Below, piece after piece: positions 50,260-62,765 of a DNA stretch of 64,000 nucleotides. The position numbers and the translations under genes were made by a program. Below the pieces are notes generated by a model that was not told the DNA's origin, did not search any database, and saw only the letters and a program-made list of their open reading frames with translations. Location: assembly GCF_018350175.1 (NCBI RefSeq), contig NC_058368.1:157544001-157608000 (forward strand), given 5' to 3'. The DNA is from Felis catus (taxonomy: Eukaryota). The number at the start of each line of letters is the position of its first letter. Position 1 is the first letter of the stretch.

Positions 50260-50674
50260 AAAAGCATAGAATGCTTTTAAATTGTTAATTTTAATTGTTA
50301 AATTAATTTTAAACTTAATTTTTAACAATTTTAAATTGTTAATTAACAGTGATACTTATCCTAATTGTTATAAAGCTCAGGGCAAATGATCTAAAATTCA
50401 ATAGGAATGACTTAACCAACAAAAATTCACTCAAAGACTAAATGTATTATAGAGAAACAACACTCGTATTAATCAAAGCTCTGATACTGAACTTCATGAG
50501 TAACCTTATCTAGATAGATTCAACAGTTTGTTGCTGATAATTAGATAATGCCACGAATGATAATCAATAATAATGTTTTGTTGGTAAAAGAGGCAATCAA
50601 ATACAGAGATGCAGAAGTGAGCTACTCACTGAAATAGAGCTTCTTTGGAATGATGTCCAACAGTGGTATAAAAC

Positions 50675-51007
50675 TGTGCTGACTAAAACAGTAGCAACCA
50701 ATTAACATGTGGCTACTAAACACTTGAAGTGTGGCTAGTCTCAGTTAAGATGTTGTGTGTCAAATGCACACCAGATTTGAAGAGTTAGTTTAAAAATGGA
50801 TTATAAACTGTTAATAATAATATTAAAATGTTGATAGTGTCTTAATATTGATTACATGTTGAAATGTTAATAATTTGGATCTATTGGGATGAACAAAAAT
50901 TATTAAATTTAGTTTCATCTGTTTGTTATTTTTTAATGTGGTTATTAAAATTTTTAAGTTGTCAATGTGGCTCCCATTTATAGCTCACTTTTGTTAGACG
51001 GTGCTGG
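50675..51007. mobile_element. MER33-like hAT MITE
   Basis: acatgtggctactaaacacttgaagtgtggctagt...acaccagatttgaaga...aatgtggctc. Confidence 0.7.
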
Positions 51008-52549
51008 TGTACAAGGTTTGAATTATAAATGAACCGAGAATCAGCATTTTCACTTCCCTTACGTTCCAGATAGGGATACTAATTCCAGAGAGGAAACACA
51101 AAGGCACAAACATGATTGGGCAGAAGCGAGGAATAGAGCTTCCATCTTTTGATTCTCTGTCTCCCTACACAGTTGGCTCCTAATGGAAAATTTGAGGACA
51201 GGGAATCAAACTCAGGACACCTACACATTAGAGATCATGTTTCTTTAACATGTGAAGAGCTAGACAATGATTAACAAACAAAAAACAAAACAAAACAAAA
51301 CATTTCTAAGGACTTGGATTGAGAATAGAGGTTAGAAGACTAACATTCAATTTTACACATCTTTGTGTTACTTTTAAGACTTGGACATGTGTTACTATTA
51401 AGAAAGAAAGAAAAAAGGCTGGGATGGAGGGTGAAGCAGACAGATAAGGTTCAAAAGAAACCATAGTTTGAAATTCAAGTTTGGAGATACTTGAAGTGGC
51501 TTTTTCTACCATTATCTTTGTTCACATCTCTAGATGCCGTTGGTTAATTCTTTGTGTTCTCTTTGGGGTGGTTTACTTTTTACATTACTAAAGCAAAATC
51601 AACTGTTAGAAACTAATTTTTGAATTTGCAGCTGTAGCTTGAAAAACCTATGTTTTCCATACTTTTATAAGCACAGGCCGGTGAGAATGATTGGTGATTT
51701 TGTTTCAAGAGAATTCAAGCTCTCCCTTCTAAAGGGCACTTGCCAACAGACTAGTTGTTTCAGTTTGAAGCCATTTGCTACAATCATCCTTGAGATTTTT
51801 GCTCACGGCATCCAGAGCTATTATTTCTAAAGACAGATTCTTAGAACACAAGTTATTTCGCTTCAGAACATACACAGCCTCCTTACTGGAGCAGCTGTAC
51901 TGAGTTTCTGAATGGAAGGATGATTTCCACAGTGTATTTTATAGCCACACACCATTCCCGAGCATAATCTAAAATACAGATTATGTTTATTTATACTCCT
52001 TTATTGTAGGAGAGAAAGACATACTTGGCTAGTCTGAGGGGTAATGTTTACAGCAGCATTTTCTATTTTTATGGCAGTTTCTTCAGGCCCCTGCATTGCT
52101 GACTTTCTTTCTAAACCCCAGAACTTGATTTAGTGTTCTCCTAGCCCAAGACCAGGATAAATGCAGGTTGCCTGTGCTTAACAGGACTCTTGGAGTATGT
52201 ATGGGTGTGGGACAAATTCCTGTTTAACTTTTTGTCAATATTCTCATTTCCTCTTCTTATTTCATTACTTTCAAGCCTTTTAACCCCTGAAACAAAAGAT
52301 AATCCTGTCCTGGAGGCTGATGGCCTCTTTTGTACCCACTTTTCTGAGGCAAGTGCAAGAATTCTAAAGGAACTTTGTGTTTTCACTGTTGAAATGTTTT
52401 TGTTTTAAAGTATAACGTATTTATTTTTTTAACTTAAAAAAATTAATTAATTGGTGACCCATCTCTTTTGATAACTATACCAAGTTCTTTATTTCAGATG
52501 TCTTTTCTATTTGTATTGTACACTAATTTCTTTGTTTTAATTAAAACAT

Positions 52550-52830
52550 TATTAAAAATTTTTGAGTACAGTTGACACACACTGTTACATTAGTTTCAGG
52601 TGTACAACATGGTGATTCAGCATCTCTAGACATTATGCTCTACTCACTGCAAGTGTAGCTGCCGTCTGTCACCATACACTGTTATCATACCATTGCCTGT
52701 ATTCCCTCTGCTGTACCTTTTATTTCTGTGACTTATTTATTCCATGACTGGAAGTCTGTATCTCCTGATCCACTTTACCCATTTTGCCCATCTCCCCTTT
52801 CCGCTGGTAAGTGTCAGTTTGAAGGGACTT
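52550..52830 (-). mobile_element. Carnivore L1 3' end fragment
   Basis: gttacattagtttcaggtgtacaacat...tggaagtctgtatctc. Confidence 0.75.
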
Positions 52831-53824
52831 TTTTTGTTTGATTTTTTGCAAGTTATTTACCAAACGCATTCTCGGATATCTGAACCCATCTAGAAGCTGA
52901 GTAGTCTCATTCTCTTGAATTCCAAACTCTGCATTCATTCATTTCATTTTTAGGCACCTACTATGTGACAGGGTAGGGTTATATCTGTTAGAAATAACCT
53001 TGGCACAGTGAAAAATACTGGACAGAGGCCCTTGGACCACTCCTCAGGACCTTTGGAGTGGGAGAAAGGGGGTGGAGAGGAAAAAAGTCGACGAGCTGGG
53101 ATTTCTGAGTATTCTCACCTCCAGAAATAGTCAAATAGCACCTGCAAGCTTTCTCTGCCTCTGGATTGCTGCATGGGGCTTTAAATCACTGGGCTGAGCT
53201 CTCTTGACCTTTGCTCACTTGTCTCCACAGCTCCAGAAGCTGGGGCATTTACATATAACCCTTACCTGGGCCCTGGTCTCAGCTCTATCAAAACACCAGC
53301 TATTTGAATAGCCAGCAGTTGCTGCTGTTGGTCATTTACCTTGATGTGCAAAAAAGACAGGGCCTCTTTTTAGCATTAAGTGTTAACCATGCTTAAGAGA
53401 AGAAGTAGAGGTAGAGCTTCATTGCAGCTCCCTTTTAGAAATGGTTGTCCAATAATAGGGGTCCTCAGTCACACCAGTGGCATTACACAGTGACAGTTTC
53501 AGTGATATGTATGTACCTGGGTCCTGTCCTAGACCAATTAAATAAATTATGGGAATGGGACCTGAGGGTGAGTATTTTTGAAAAGCTCACCAGCTAATAC
53601 ACAGCCGATATTAAAAACCACTGGTATTGAAACTGTCAGGCCTTGAAAGGGACAGATGTGGGTATAAAATCCAGAATTTACCACTTACTAGTTGTAACTC
53701 TATGAGGCTCTCTGAGCCTCAGTTTCCTCATCTGTAAAATGAGGATGAAATTGTACCTTCCTTACAGGTAGCTATGTAGCACATAGAAGATACTCAATGA
53801 GTAGTGGTTACTGAATAAGGCTAT

Positions 53825-54020
53825 CAGTATTCTGTCTGATATGATAGCCATTAGCCATATGTGACTATTTAAATTAAAATTAGACACAGTTAAAAACTTG
53901 CCCTTAAGTCCCATTAGCCACATTTCAAGGGCTCAACAGCCATATATAGCTAGTGGCTATCATACTGGGTAGCAGAAATGTCAAACATCTCCCTCATTGC
54001 AGAAAGTTCTTTAGATTGGA
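53825..54020. mobile_element. MER3-like hAT MITE
   Basis: tagccacatttcaagggctcaacagcca...cattgcagaaagttct. Confidence 0.75.
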
Positions 54021-54413
54021 AAACACTCATTTATAACATCTGCTTCAGTAAGACCTAACTTTATTTAGAGAAACGTCATTTTAAACTCTTATGGAAAACC
54101 TTCTACATTTGTTTCTGTTAGGTAAACAGCAGGCCTTTTGGCTTGAGCAGAGAAGTGAAGGAAATCCAGGAACCACCTCTTCTATGGAGACTTTTTTCAT
54201 GTTCCTATATACCTGTAAATGAGTTTACCTCAGGTAAACAAACAAGTGGGAACATCCAATCGATTGTTCAAATAATGATGTCTCCTCCCCTCCCCACCCC
54301 ACTAGTTCGGAGGCCACGCTCACCAACCATTTAGTCCACTTTTGAAGTAGAACATTAACTTTTCCCTGCCCTGCTTTTTAGTACTACAGGCACTATCAGT
54401 GAAGCTGCAACTG

Positions 54414-54415
<2 letters not shown>

Positions 54416-54466
<51 letters not shown>

Positions 54467-54471
54467 TGTGT
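54416..54471. repeat. (GT)n microsatellite with one interruption
   Basis: Read directly. Confidence 0.95.
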
Positions 54472-54659
54472 TGGAAAGTGGAAGAGGAAGGGGCAGTAGC
54501 CGGGAGAAAGAACTGGCATTGGGAAGGGAATATCTGTCAGTGGGAAAAGAAAGGCCATAGATAGGATGTATTTTATGATTTTATTATCAGAAATGGGTTT
54601 ATTTCAGGTATTTTGATATCTCTTCTATTCTAAAAATTCTTTAGTGTCATTTTTATTTA

Positions 54660-54900
54660 CCTACAGTAGGTAAGAGCACAGGCTCCGAAATCAAACTTCC
54701 TGTGTCCAAACCATACTCCATTATGAACTAGCTGAATGACCTTGCGCAGATTACTTAACCTTTCTAAGTCTGTTTTTCCATCTGCAAAATGAAGATAAAA
54801 TATTAGTATCTACACCTCATAGTATTATTGCAAGAATTAAATGACAGAATATATGGAAAGTCTTTGGTATAGGACATAACCCCAGATAAGTGCTCAATGA
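54660..54900 (+). mobile_element. MIR
   Basis: tgaccttgcgcagattacttaacctttct...catctgcaaaatg...aagtgctcaat. Confidence 0.75.
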
Positions 54901-55199
54901 ATTAAAAAAATTATTTAGAGAAAGAATATTTTATTGTCAATAAGCAAATGATGTGATACTTTTAACTACAACAAGTATAAGCTAAATATATTCCTCATAA
55001 GAGTGTTAAATCTGTTTTAAAATCTATTTGTCATATCTTCTAGAACACGTAGGCTTCTTTTACAGTTTCTGTGTTACATAAATGTTCCACGTGTGCTACT
55101 GTACCTGTTTGGTTAAGCATAGGCCTAGCAGCTTGGGAAGTGTCAAAGTCTGAAGAACAAATGTATTGTTGATTCGAGCTACTATGTTAAAAATTGCTA

Positions 55200-55402
55200 G
55201 GGGTGCCTGGGTGGCCCAGTCCGTTGAGCTTCTGACTTCATCTAGGGTCACTTGATCTCAGGGCTCTTTGCAGCCTCGGGCTCTTTGCTGATGGCTTGGA
55301 GCCTGGAGCCTGCTTCACATTCTGTGTCTCCCTCTCGCTCTGCCCCTCCCCCACTTGTGCTCTGTCTCTCTCTGTCTCTCAAAAATAAATAAATGTAAAA
55401 AA
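55200..55402 (+). mobile_element. Can-SINE with internal deletion
   Basis: B-box region altered; TSD aaaaa(t/a)tgcta. Confidence 0.88.
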
Positions 55403-56404
55403 AAAAATGCTAATATAACCAAGCAGTCTTAGAAACAATGAAGGCCCTGGTTCTCAATGGAAAAGGACCACAACCTACCTCTTAAATTCACTTTATATTT
55501 GTTTTGTCTTCCTGCAATGATGTTTTTGTTGGCAAAGTTACTTTATTATTTTTTTTTAATTTAAAAACATGGCATGTCTTCGGGTATTTTATTATTTAGA
55601 TGTTTCACACCCTTTTGTTTTGTTATGCAGTGTGACAGTGTGACAAACCTAAAAACTAACTCCCCAGTGAGTGGAAAGTGCTATCGTTTATTTTTAGTAA
55701 GAAAGCTGTATTGGTTCATATAGCTGCTTTCCCAGCTGAAATAACACAGCAGATTGGTGCTGTTTGAACACTGTTAATTGCTGAAAGTTCTTAAACTAGT
55801 AAATAGGCCTGATTAGCTGGAATCCAAACAGCAACCCAAACAGACCAGACCACTTTTGATAAGATAAACACTCTACTAACCTTAAACATTCCCTCCTGAT
55901 TATCTTCCTGTGGTATGAAATGTTAAACTAAAAATATTTTTATTTTTCCTATTTAGAGAGACATCAGGGAAAAATTGTTTGCGATATTTAAAACCAAGTT
56001 GAAGGTCATTATGTCCAGCGTATGATTTAGTAGATAATTATCAGCAATGCTGTTACTAAATCATTAGCCTAGGAGAGTTGAACAGTAAAGGTGGACTAGT
56101 TTGTAACAGAAAGTCCTGATATAGAAGATCACATTGTACTTTGTCATTTCTGTTTGGGCAACTACAAACAAACAGTAGTAACTGCAACAAGAGAACAAGG
56201 AGCTTTTAATAAATAAAATGTAATAGAAGTTCATTAGGCATCTTAAATCTCATAACTGGAAAGTTTTCTAGAATAAAACTCCACTTTTGCTCAGCATTTG
56301 AAATATTCATTGGAAATACAACTCTAAAATTCCTTTCACCTTCCAGGTTCTAGAGCATTCATATTAAAATTAAGTTTGCTTGAGGCATTTTATTTAATAA
56401 TTTT

Positions 56405-56621
56405 TAAAAAATATTTATTTATGTTTAAGAGGCAGAGAGGCAGAGTACAATTGGGGAAGGGCAGAGAGAGAGAGAGAGAGAGGGAGATACAAAATCCAAA
56501 GTAGGCTCCAGGCTCTGAGGTATCAGTACAGAGCCCGATGTGGGACTTGAACCCACCAGCTGTGAGATCATGACCTGAGCAGAAGTCAGATGCTTAACCG
56601 ACTGAGCCACCCAGGCGCCCC
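56405..56621 (-). mobile_element. Can-SINE
   Basis: TSD gcattttatttaataattt. Confidence 0.92.
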
Positions 56622-57926
56622 AGCATTTTATTTAATAATTTAAAAACTATTTTAGTGAAATATTGCTGATGTGAACCGGCACATTTCCTTAGCCTTAGAA
56701 ATAGAGACTGGAACAATACAAAAATGTCCTTACCAATGAAGTATAGAGGGTGAGCCAGTTTTCTAAATTTTCCAGCTCAGAAATTCAAAAATAAGGTAAA
56801 CTTTTATAAGATTAATAACAATCTTATTGTTTTCTTGGCTCACTATTGAAAAATAGCAAGTAGGAAAAAGAAAAAGAAAACATCTATAGTTCCACTAACC
56901 ATCATTAAGTATTGGGTATATTAACTTCTAGTCTTTTGTTCTATACTTTAAAAAAAATTAGAGTTGAGCTCATATAGCATATACATTTGCTTAATATTAT
57001 GGTGTTACTAAAGCTTGTGGCTATGGAAGTATAATAATTTCTTATTGGATATTTAAGTAGTATCAAATTATTTCATATGATAAACAATGCTTTGGTGGAA
57101 ATATTTGTGCATAAGGGTTACTCTTCCCTCTGACTCTATTTAGCATTATTTCCATAGGATAGAGTCTCAAAAGTGAGAATACACTAGGTCAAAGTTATGA
57201 ATAATTTTAAGGCTCATATACATTTGCTTTCCAGAAGAGTTAATTTAAAACTATATTACCATTAAAGATATATTACTGTATAGAATTATGCCTACTTTAC
57301 AGCATCGTGGATAGCAATGAGCAATTTTACTATGATTTTAATATGATTCTCTCGTGTTTGTATCTTTTAGAATTTGAACTTATAACCAAATAGGAGGTCA
57401 TAATTTCGTATAGTCAAATTCATTTGGCACAAAGAAATACCCTGTTTCAAGATTATAGACCGTATGGCTGCTAATTGTTGGTGAACTTTAAGATTTCAGG
57501 TTGGCTTAGCACAGATGGTGATTTAGATTCTAGTCTGATGGTATTTTAAAAATAATAATAAAAATTATTTTTCCCTGTCTACCTTAAAAAGTATCTGAGG
57601 CTATATTTTGCTTTTATTGGCTGAATTAGATCTTATTAAACTAGCTTTTTCCTGGTAATAACTATATACTCTGGAACATGTGAATAATAATAATAAAAAG
57701 TAGGTACTTGAAGGGGCAGGAGAACGGACAGAAGCAGACAGATCTTGGTGAGAAATCCATGCTTGGAGGAGGTGAAGGAGATTAAAGAAGACTTAAATAA
57801 GTAGAAAGACAGACAATATTTATAGGTTGGAAAACTGTAAGTTGGTAAGATGGCAATTCTTCCAGAATTGATACATAGAGTCATTACAATCCTGGTCAAG
57901 ATCCTAGCCAGCTTTTAAAGTTTTTA

Positions 57927-58110
57927 TTTTCATTATTTTTATTTACTTTTTATTTTTTGAGAAAGGCAGAGAGAGAGGGAGAATCTCAAACAAGGTCTGT
58001 GCTGACAGCGCAGAGCTAGATGCAGGGCTCAGATTCACAAAGCTGAGATCATGACCTGAGCTGAAATCAAGAGTTGGGCGCTTAACCGACTGAGCCACCC
58101 AGGCACCCCC
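57927..58110 (-). mobile_element. Can-SINE inserted in L1
   Basis: Flanked by ttttaaa(a)gttttta. Confidence 0.88.
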
Positions 58111-58183
58111 CTTTTTAAAAGTTTTTACTTACTTACTATTTATTTTTAGAGAACTAACTGGCTTTTAAAAAAGGAAATTGACT

Positions 58184-58672
58184 TCAAGGTTAACCTTATT
58201 AGTGATTCCATGTAGATAGCAGGTATCTCCTGACATTATGTAGTGAGAAGTATATTTAACCTCTGGGGCATTCTTTCTGAAAACTGATGAGTACAGCCTA
58301 ATCATGAGAAAAACATCACATAAACCAAATTAGGGGACATTTTACAAAATAACTGAAAAGTCATGCATGAAAAGCAAAGAAAGTCTAAGCGCTATCATAG
58401 TCTAGAGGAGAGAGAGAAGACATGATGGTTAAATGCAATATAGTATTCTAGACTGGGTCCTGGAAGAAAAAAACTGGTGAAATCCAACTTAAATCATCTG
58501 TTTAATTAATAGCAATGTGCCAATGTTGGTTTCTTAGTTTAGAGAGATGTACCACAATAATGTACAATGGTAACATTAGGGGAAACAGAAACTAAGTGAG
58601 CAGTATATGAGGACTCTCTTTGCATGTTTTCTGCAAATCTAAAGTGATTCCAAAATAAAACGTTTATTAAAG
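58184..58672 (+). mobile_element. L1MC/L1MD-type 3' end nested in the older L1
   Basis: ctaatcatgagaaaaacatca...aactggtgaaatcc...aacattaggggaa...ttccaaaataaaa. Confidence 0.75.
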
Positions 58673-58673
58673 T

Positions 58674-59120
58674 GGGGTTCCTGGGTGGTCCAGTCAGTTA
58701 AGGGTCTCACTTGATTTTGACTCAGGTCATGATCTCATAGTTTGTGAGTTTTTTTTTTTTTTAATTTTTTTTTTTCAACGTTTATTTATTTTTGGGACAG
58801 AGAGAGACAGAGCATGAACGGGGGAGGGGCAGAGAGAGAGGGAGACACAGAATCGGAAACAGGCTCCAGGCTCTGAGCCATCAGCCCAGAGCCCGACGCG
58901 GGGCTCGAACTCCCGGACCGCTAGATCGTGACCTGGCTGAAGTCGGACGCTTAACCGACTGTGCCACCCAGGCGCCCCCTCATAGTTTGTGAGTTTGAGC
59001 CCTGCATCTGGCTCTGTGCTGACAGCAGAGCCTCCTTGGGATTCTCCTTCCTCTCTCTTTGCCACTTACCCCGTTCATGCTCTCTCTCTCATTCTCAAAA
59101 TTAAATAAACTTAAAAAAAA
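58674..59120 (+). mobile_element. Older Can-SINE split by a younger SINE
   Basis: Head at 58674-58751; body resumes at 58979. Confidence 0.9.
58752..58978 (-). mobile_element. Young SINEC_Fc nested in a SINE
   Basis: Perfect 18-bp TSD ctcatagtttgtgagttt. Confidence 0.95.
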
Positions 59121-59587
59121 AGTTTTTTAAAGAAAAAATAAATTGACAAGCTTATTCTAAAAAGTATGGAAAAACAAGGAACCTAGAATGGCCAAAATAA
59201 TTTTGAAAAAGAATAAAGTATTTATAGTACCTAATTTTAAGACTTATTATAAACCTACAATAATCAGGAGTGTGTGGTATTGGCTTAGGGTAGACATATA
59301 GAAATGGAACATAATAGAGAGCTTAGAATATATCCCAATTTATAATGATTTTCAAATTAAGTACCCAGGTGAAAGGCACTTAGGCGCTAAAGGATTGTCT
59401 TTTCCACAAAGGTGCTAAAACAACTGAATATCTCTATGGAAAAAAAAAATGAACTTTGATCCTTACCTCACCCTTATAATAGAAATTAACTTGATATGGA
59501 CTATAGACCCAAATTTAAGAGTTTAAAGCTATAAAACTCCTACCAAAAAAAAAAAAAAACATATTTTTTTGTGGCATTAGTTTAGGC

Positions 59588-59803
59588 CAGTGGTTCTCAA
59601 CTGAGGGCAATTTGATTCTTCAAGGGACATTTGGCATTGTCTGGAGATGTTTTTAGTTACCACAACTGGAGTGGGGTGAGGAACATGTTGTTGGTATCTA
59701 AGTAGAGTCCAGGCATGCAAATGAATATTCTACAATGCACAGGATTCTACAACAAAAAAATTACCAAGTTCAAAATATCAATAGTACAGAGTTTGAGAAA
59801 GCT
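59588..59803. mobile_element. MER20 hAT MITE inserted in L1
   Basis: cagtggttctcaac...gggacatttggcattgtctggaga...ttgagaaa. Confidence 0.8.
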
Positions 59804-60108
59804 TAGGTTAATCAAAGCTTTCTTAAATAGATATAGAAATCATTAATCATAAAATAAAACTAAATAAATGCTGAAATAAAAATAAATGCAAATTATAAGT
59901 AAAAATTACAACTTTTGCTCTGCAAAAGATACAGTTAAGAAAATGAAAAGGCACTACAGGATGAGAGAAGGTATTTGTAAAACACGTATCTGATAAAAGG
60001 CTCAGATTCAGAATATAAAGATAACTCTTATGACCAATAATAAGAAAACAAACAACCTAATAAGAACTAGGCAAAGGATTTGAACAGATAATTTAAGAAA
60101 GAGAGTAT

Positions 60109-60321
60109 AGGGGCACTTGGGTGGCTCAGTCGGTTAAGTGTCCAACTCTTGGTTTTGACTCAGGTCATGATCTCACAGTTTGTGGGTTCGAGTCCTGTGT
60201 TGGGCTCTGCAACTGGCAGCTCGGAGCCTGCTTGGGATTCTTTCTCTCTCCCTCTCTCTCTGCCCTTCCCCTGCTCACATGGTCTCTGTCTTTCTCAAAA
60301 TAAATAAATTAGTTAAAAAAA
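60109..60321 (+). mobile_element. Can-SINE inserted in L1
   Basis: Full length; degraded TSD aaagag...tata. Confidence 0.9.
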
Positions 60322-61504
60322 AAAGAGCATATAAATATGGCCAATAAGCACATAAAAAGATGCTCAATGTTACTGCAAATGCAAATTAAAATCATAATGA
60401 GATACCACAACACACTCATTAGAAAGGCTAAGGTTAAACAGCCTGGCAACAAGTGCTGACAGAGATGTGGAGCAACAGGAACTCTCATACATTGTAGGTG
60501 GAATTGCAAAATGGTTCAGTTCTACTCTGGAAGACAAATTGGCTCTGTCTTAGGCAGTAAGCCTATACTTACCATAGGACCCAGCATTGCTGCTTTGTAG
60601 GTATTTATCCAAGAGAAACGAAAATATATGTTCATACAAAGGCTTGTATGTGATTATTTATAGCCACATTATTCATAGTATCCTCAAATGAAACGATCCA
60701 ATTATTCATCAACTGGTTAATGGATAAAGATTGTGTCATGATATCCCTGGTAGTGATATAACCATACCATGAAATTCTAATGGGCAATAAAAAAGGAACA
60801 AAATACTGATACAAAACAGCATGGAAGAATTTTAAAAACCTTATGCTAAGTGAAAGAAGTCACAAAATTATATTCTGTATGATTCTATTCATATGAAATT
60901 CTAGGAAAGGTAAAACTATAGTAACAGAAAGTAGACTACTAGTTGCTTGAGGCTGAGAGAGGATCAGCTGAAAAGAGGAAATTTTTTAGGGTGATAAGAA
61001 ATATTCTCTAACTTAATTGTGGTGATGGCTACATAATTACATACAGTTATGAAAACTTATCAAACTACATATAAGGTGAGTGACTTTTATTTTAAATTCG
61101 ACCAATAGGAATATAAATTAAAAAAAAAAAGAATTTGAGGCTTTGAAATTAACAAGACACTATCAAAAGAATATGAACCAAATAATAAAGGAAAAAAATT
61201 ATGTCTAGAAACCAGCTCATAGTAATTATTGCAATTGAGCCCTAATCTATCTTTAAAGTTCTTGGTAGATAATACAAAAATGAAAACTTCATGTGCTCTA
61301 TACTTTTTATTGTGTCATAAGTGGAAGAGTATTTGCCTGTCTGAAGACTGCACTTTTTTTTTACAATCAGGAAAGAATAATTATTTGTGAAAATCTTCAC
61401 ATCAGAACACTAAATACCACACTGGACGATATTTTCTAAAGGACTAAAGGAAGTTGAAAATATTCTTTATATTGTTGACTCTTACACTGACCATGAATAA
61501 ACCA

Positions 61505-61785
61505 TTTTTATTAGGAGGCAGGGCCTTGGGGAGTAATTAGGTCATGAGGGCTCCATGGAATTAGTGCCTTTATAAAAGATACCACAGAGAGATCCCTCAG
61601 CCATGTGAGGAAACAGCAAAAAGACATAGTCTATGTACCATGAAGTGCACTCTCATCAGACACAGAATCTACTGGAGCTTTGATCTTGGACCTGTCAGCT
61701 TTCAGACTGTGACAAATAAAATTTTTGTTGTTTATAAGCCACTCAGTTTATGGTTTTTGTGTTATAGCAGCTGGAACAAGTAAGG
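61505..61785 (+). mobile_element. MaLR LTR (MLT1A-like)
   Basis: attaggtcatgaggg...gccatgtgagga...ttgtttataagccactcagtttatggt...gttatagcagc. Confidence 0.8.
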
Positions 61786-62589
61786 TAACCTAATTTCTAT
61801 GCATGACCCAGCTCTGGTCAATGAGATGATTGCTTACCCCTGCCCCCCTGGCCACAGTAAGAAGCAGTATGGCAGAATGGTTAAAAGACTAGGTTCTGGA
61901 GATGGACTGTGTAGTAGGAATATGATATCATAGCAGCTTAATATGCGTTGGCCATCCATTACATGTTTTGATAGTTTCCTGCATTGTGCATTTTACTTCC
62001 GGAAGGTAGTTATAAACAAAAACAAAAACTTACTTTTCCCAGTCTCCCTTGTAGCTAATGTTTAGATATGTGACCTAAGTATTACCAATTTGATAGCTAA
62101 GGAAGACCTTGCCTCAGAGGTGAGCTATGGAAGGAAACAAGCTGGTCACATCATTTTGCTGGCTGTGGAGTGGATGGCAGAAGCCAAACCTTTTTGGGAT
62201 CAGTTGTAGCTCCAATTTCATTCATCCAGTTCTTGAGTGTGGTACTGACAGAATCCTAAGACAAAACCTCCAAACTGGCTGGCCCAGCTTAAAGCTGTAG
62301 CCTTAAGATCCAGTTCAAACAATTTTTCTTGACTCTAGTGGGTCAGTCTCATCCTCTTTTTCTCCTTATTTTAACAGTGATAATTAATTTCATAATATTT
62401 ATAATTTTATAGTAGCTTTTTTGGAGACCTTATTCTAAAAGCTCATGTACAAATTAGCAGTACTGAGACTATTATACAAGAGGATTCTGGCACCTAATCA
62501 CCACTGAATCTAATGGAGACATCTACTTTTCTACTGTATTACACTTGTTTGTGATATGAGTGAGTTTCTGTGGGATTTAGCATAGCAAT

Positions 62590-62765
62590 GATTTACTTAA
62601 ACTTCAGTGTATGTTAACAGTCACAGGTAGAGCTTGTTAAGATGTGTATTTCTCTACCCACAGAGATTCTGATTCATTTGGTTTGATGAGGAGCACAGCA
62701 GTCTGCATTTGAATATCTTTTTAGGTGATTCAGATGCAAGTGGTCCACGGAACATATTTTTGTAG
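62590..62765. mobile_element. MER5A-like hAT MITE
   Basis: gagcttgttaagatg...cagagattctgattca...ggtgattcagatgcaagtggtcc. Confidence 0.65.

Larger units (their letters stand above)
57770..61130 (+). mobile_element. Ancient L1 (L1ME-like) ORF2 end and 3'UTR hosting several later insertions
   Basis: Degraded ORF2 motifs (KEIKEDLNK, KMAILP, IDKLIL, PRMAKIILKK), 3'UTR, A run at ~61119-61130. Confidence 0.8.
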
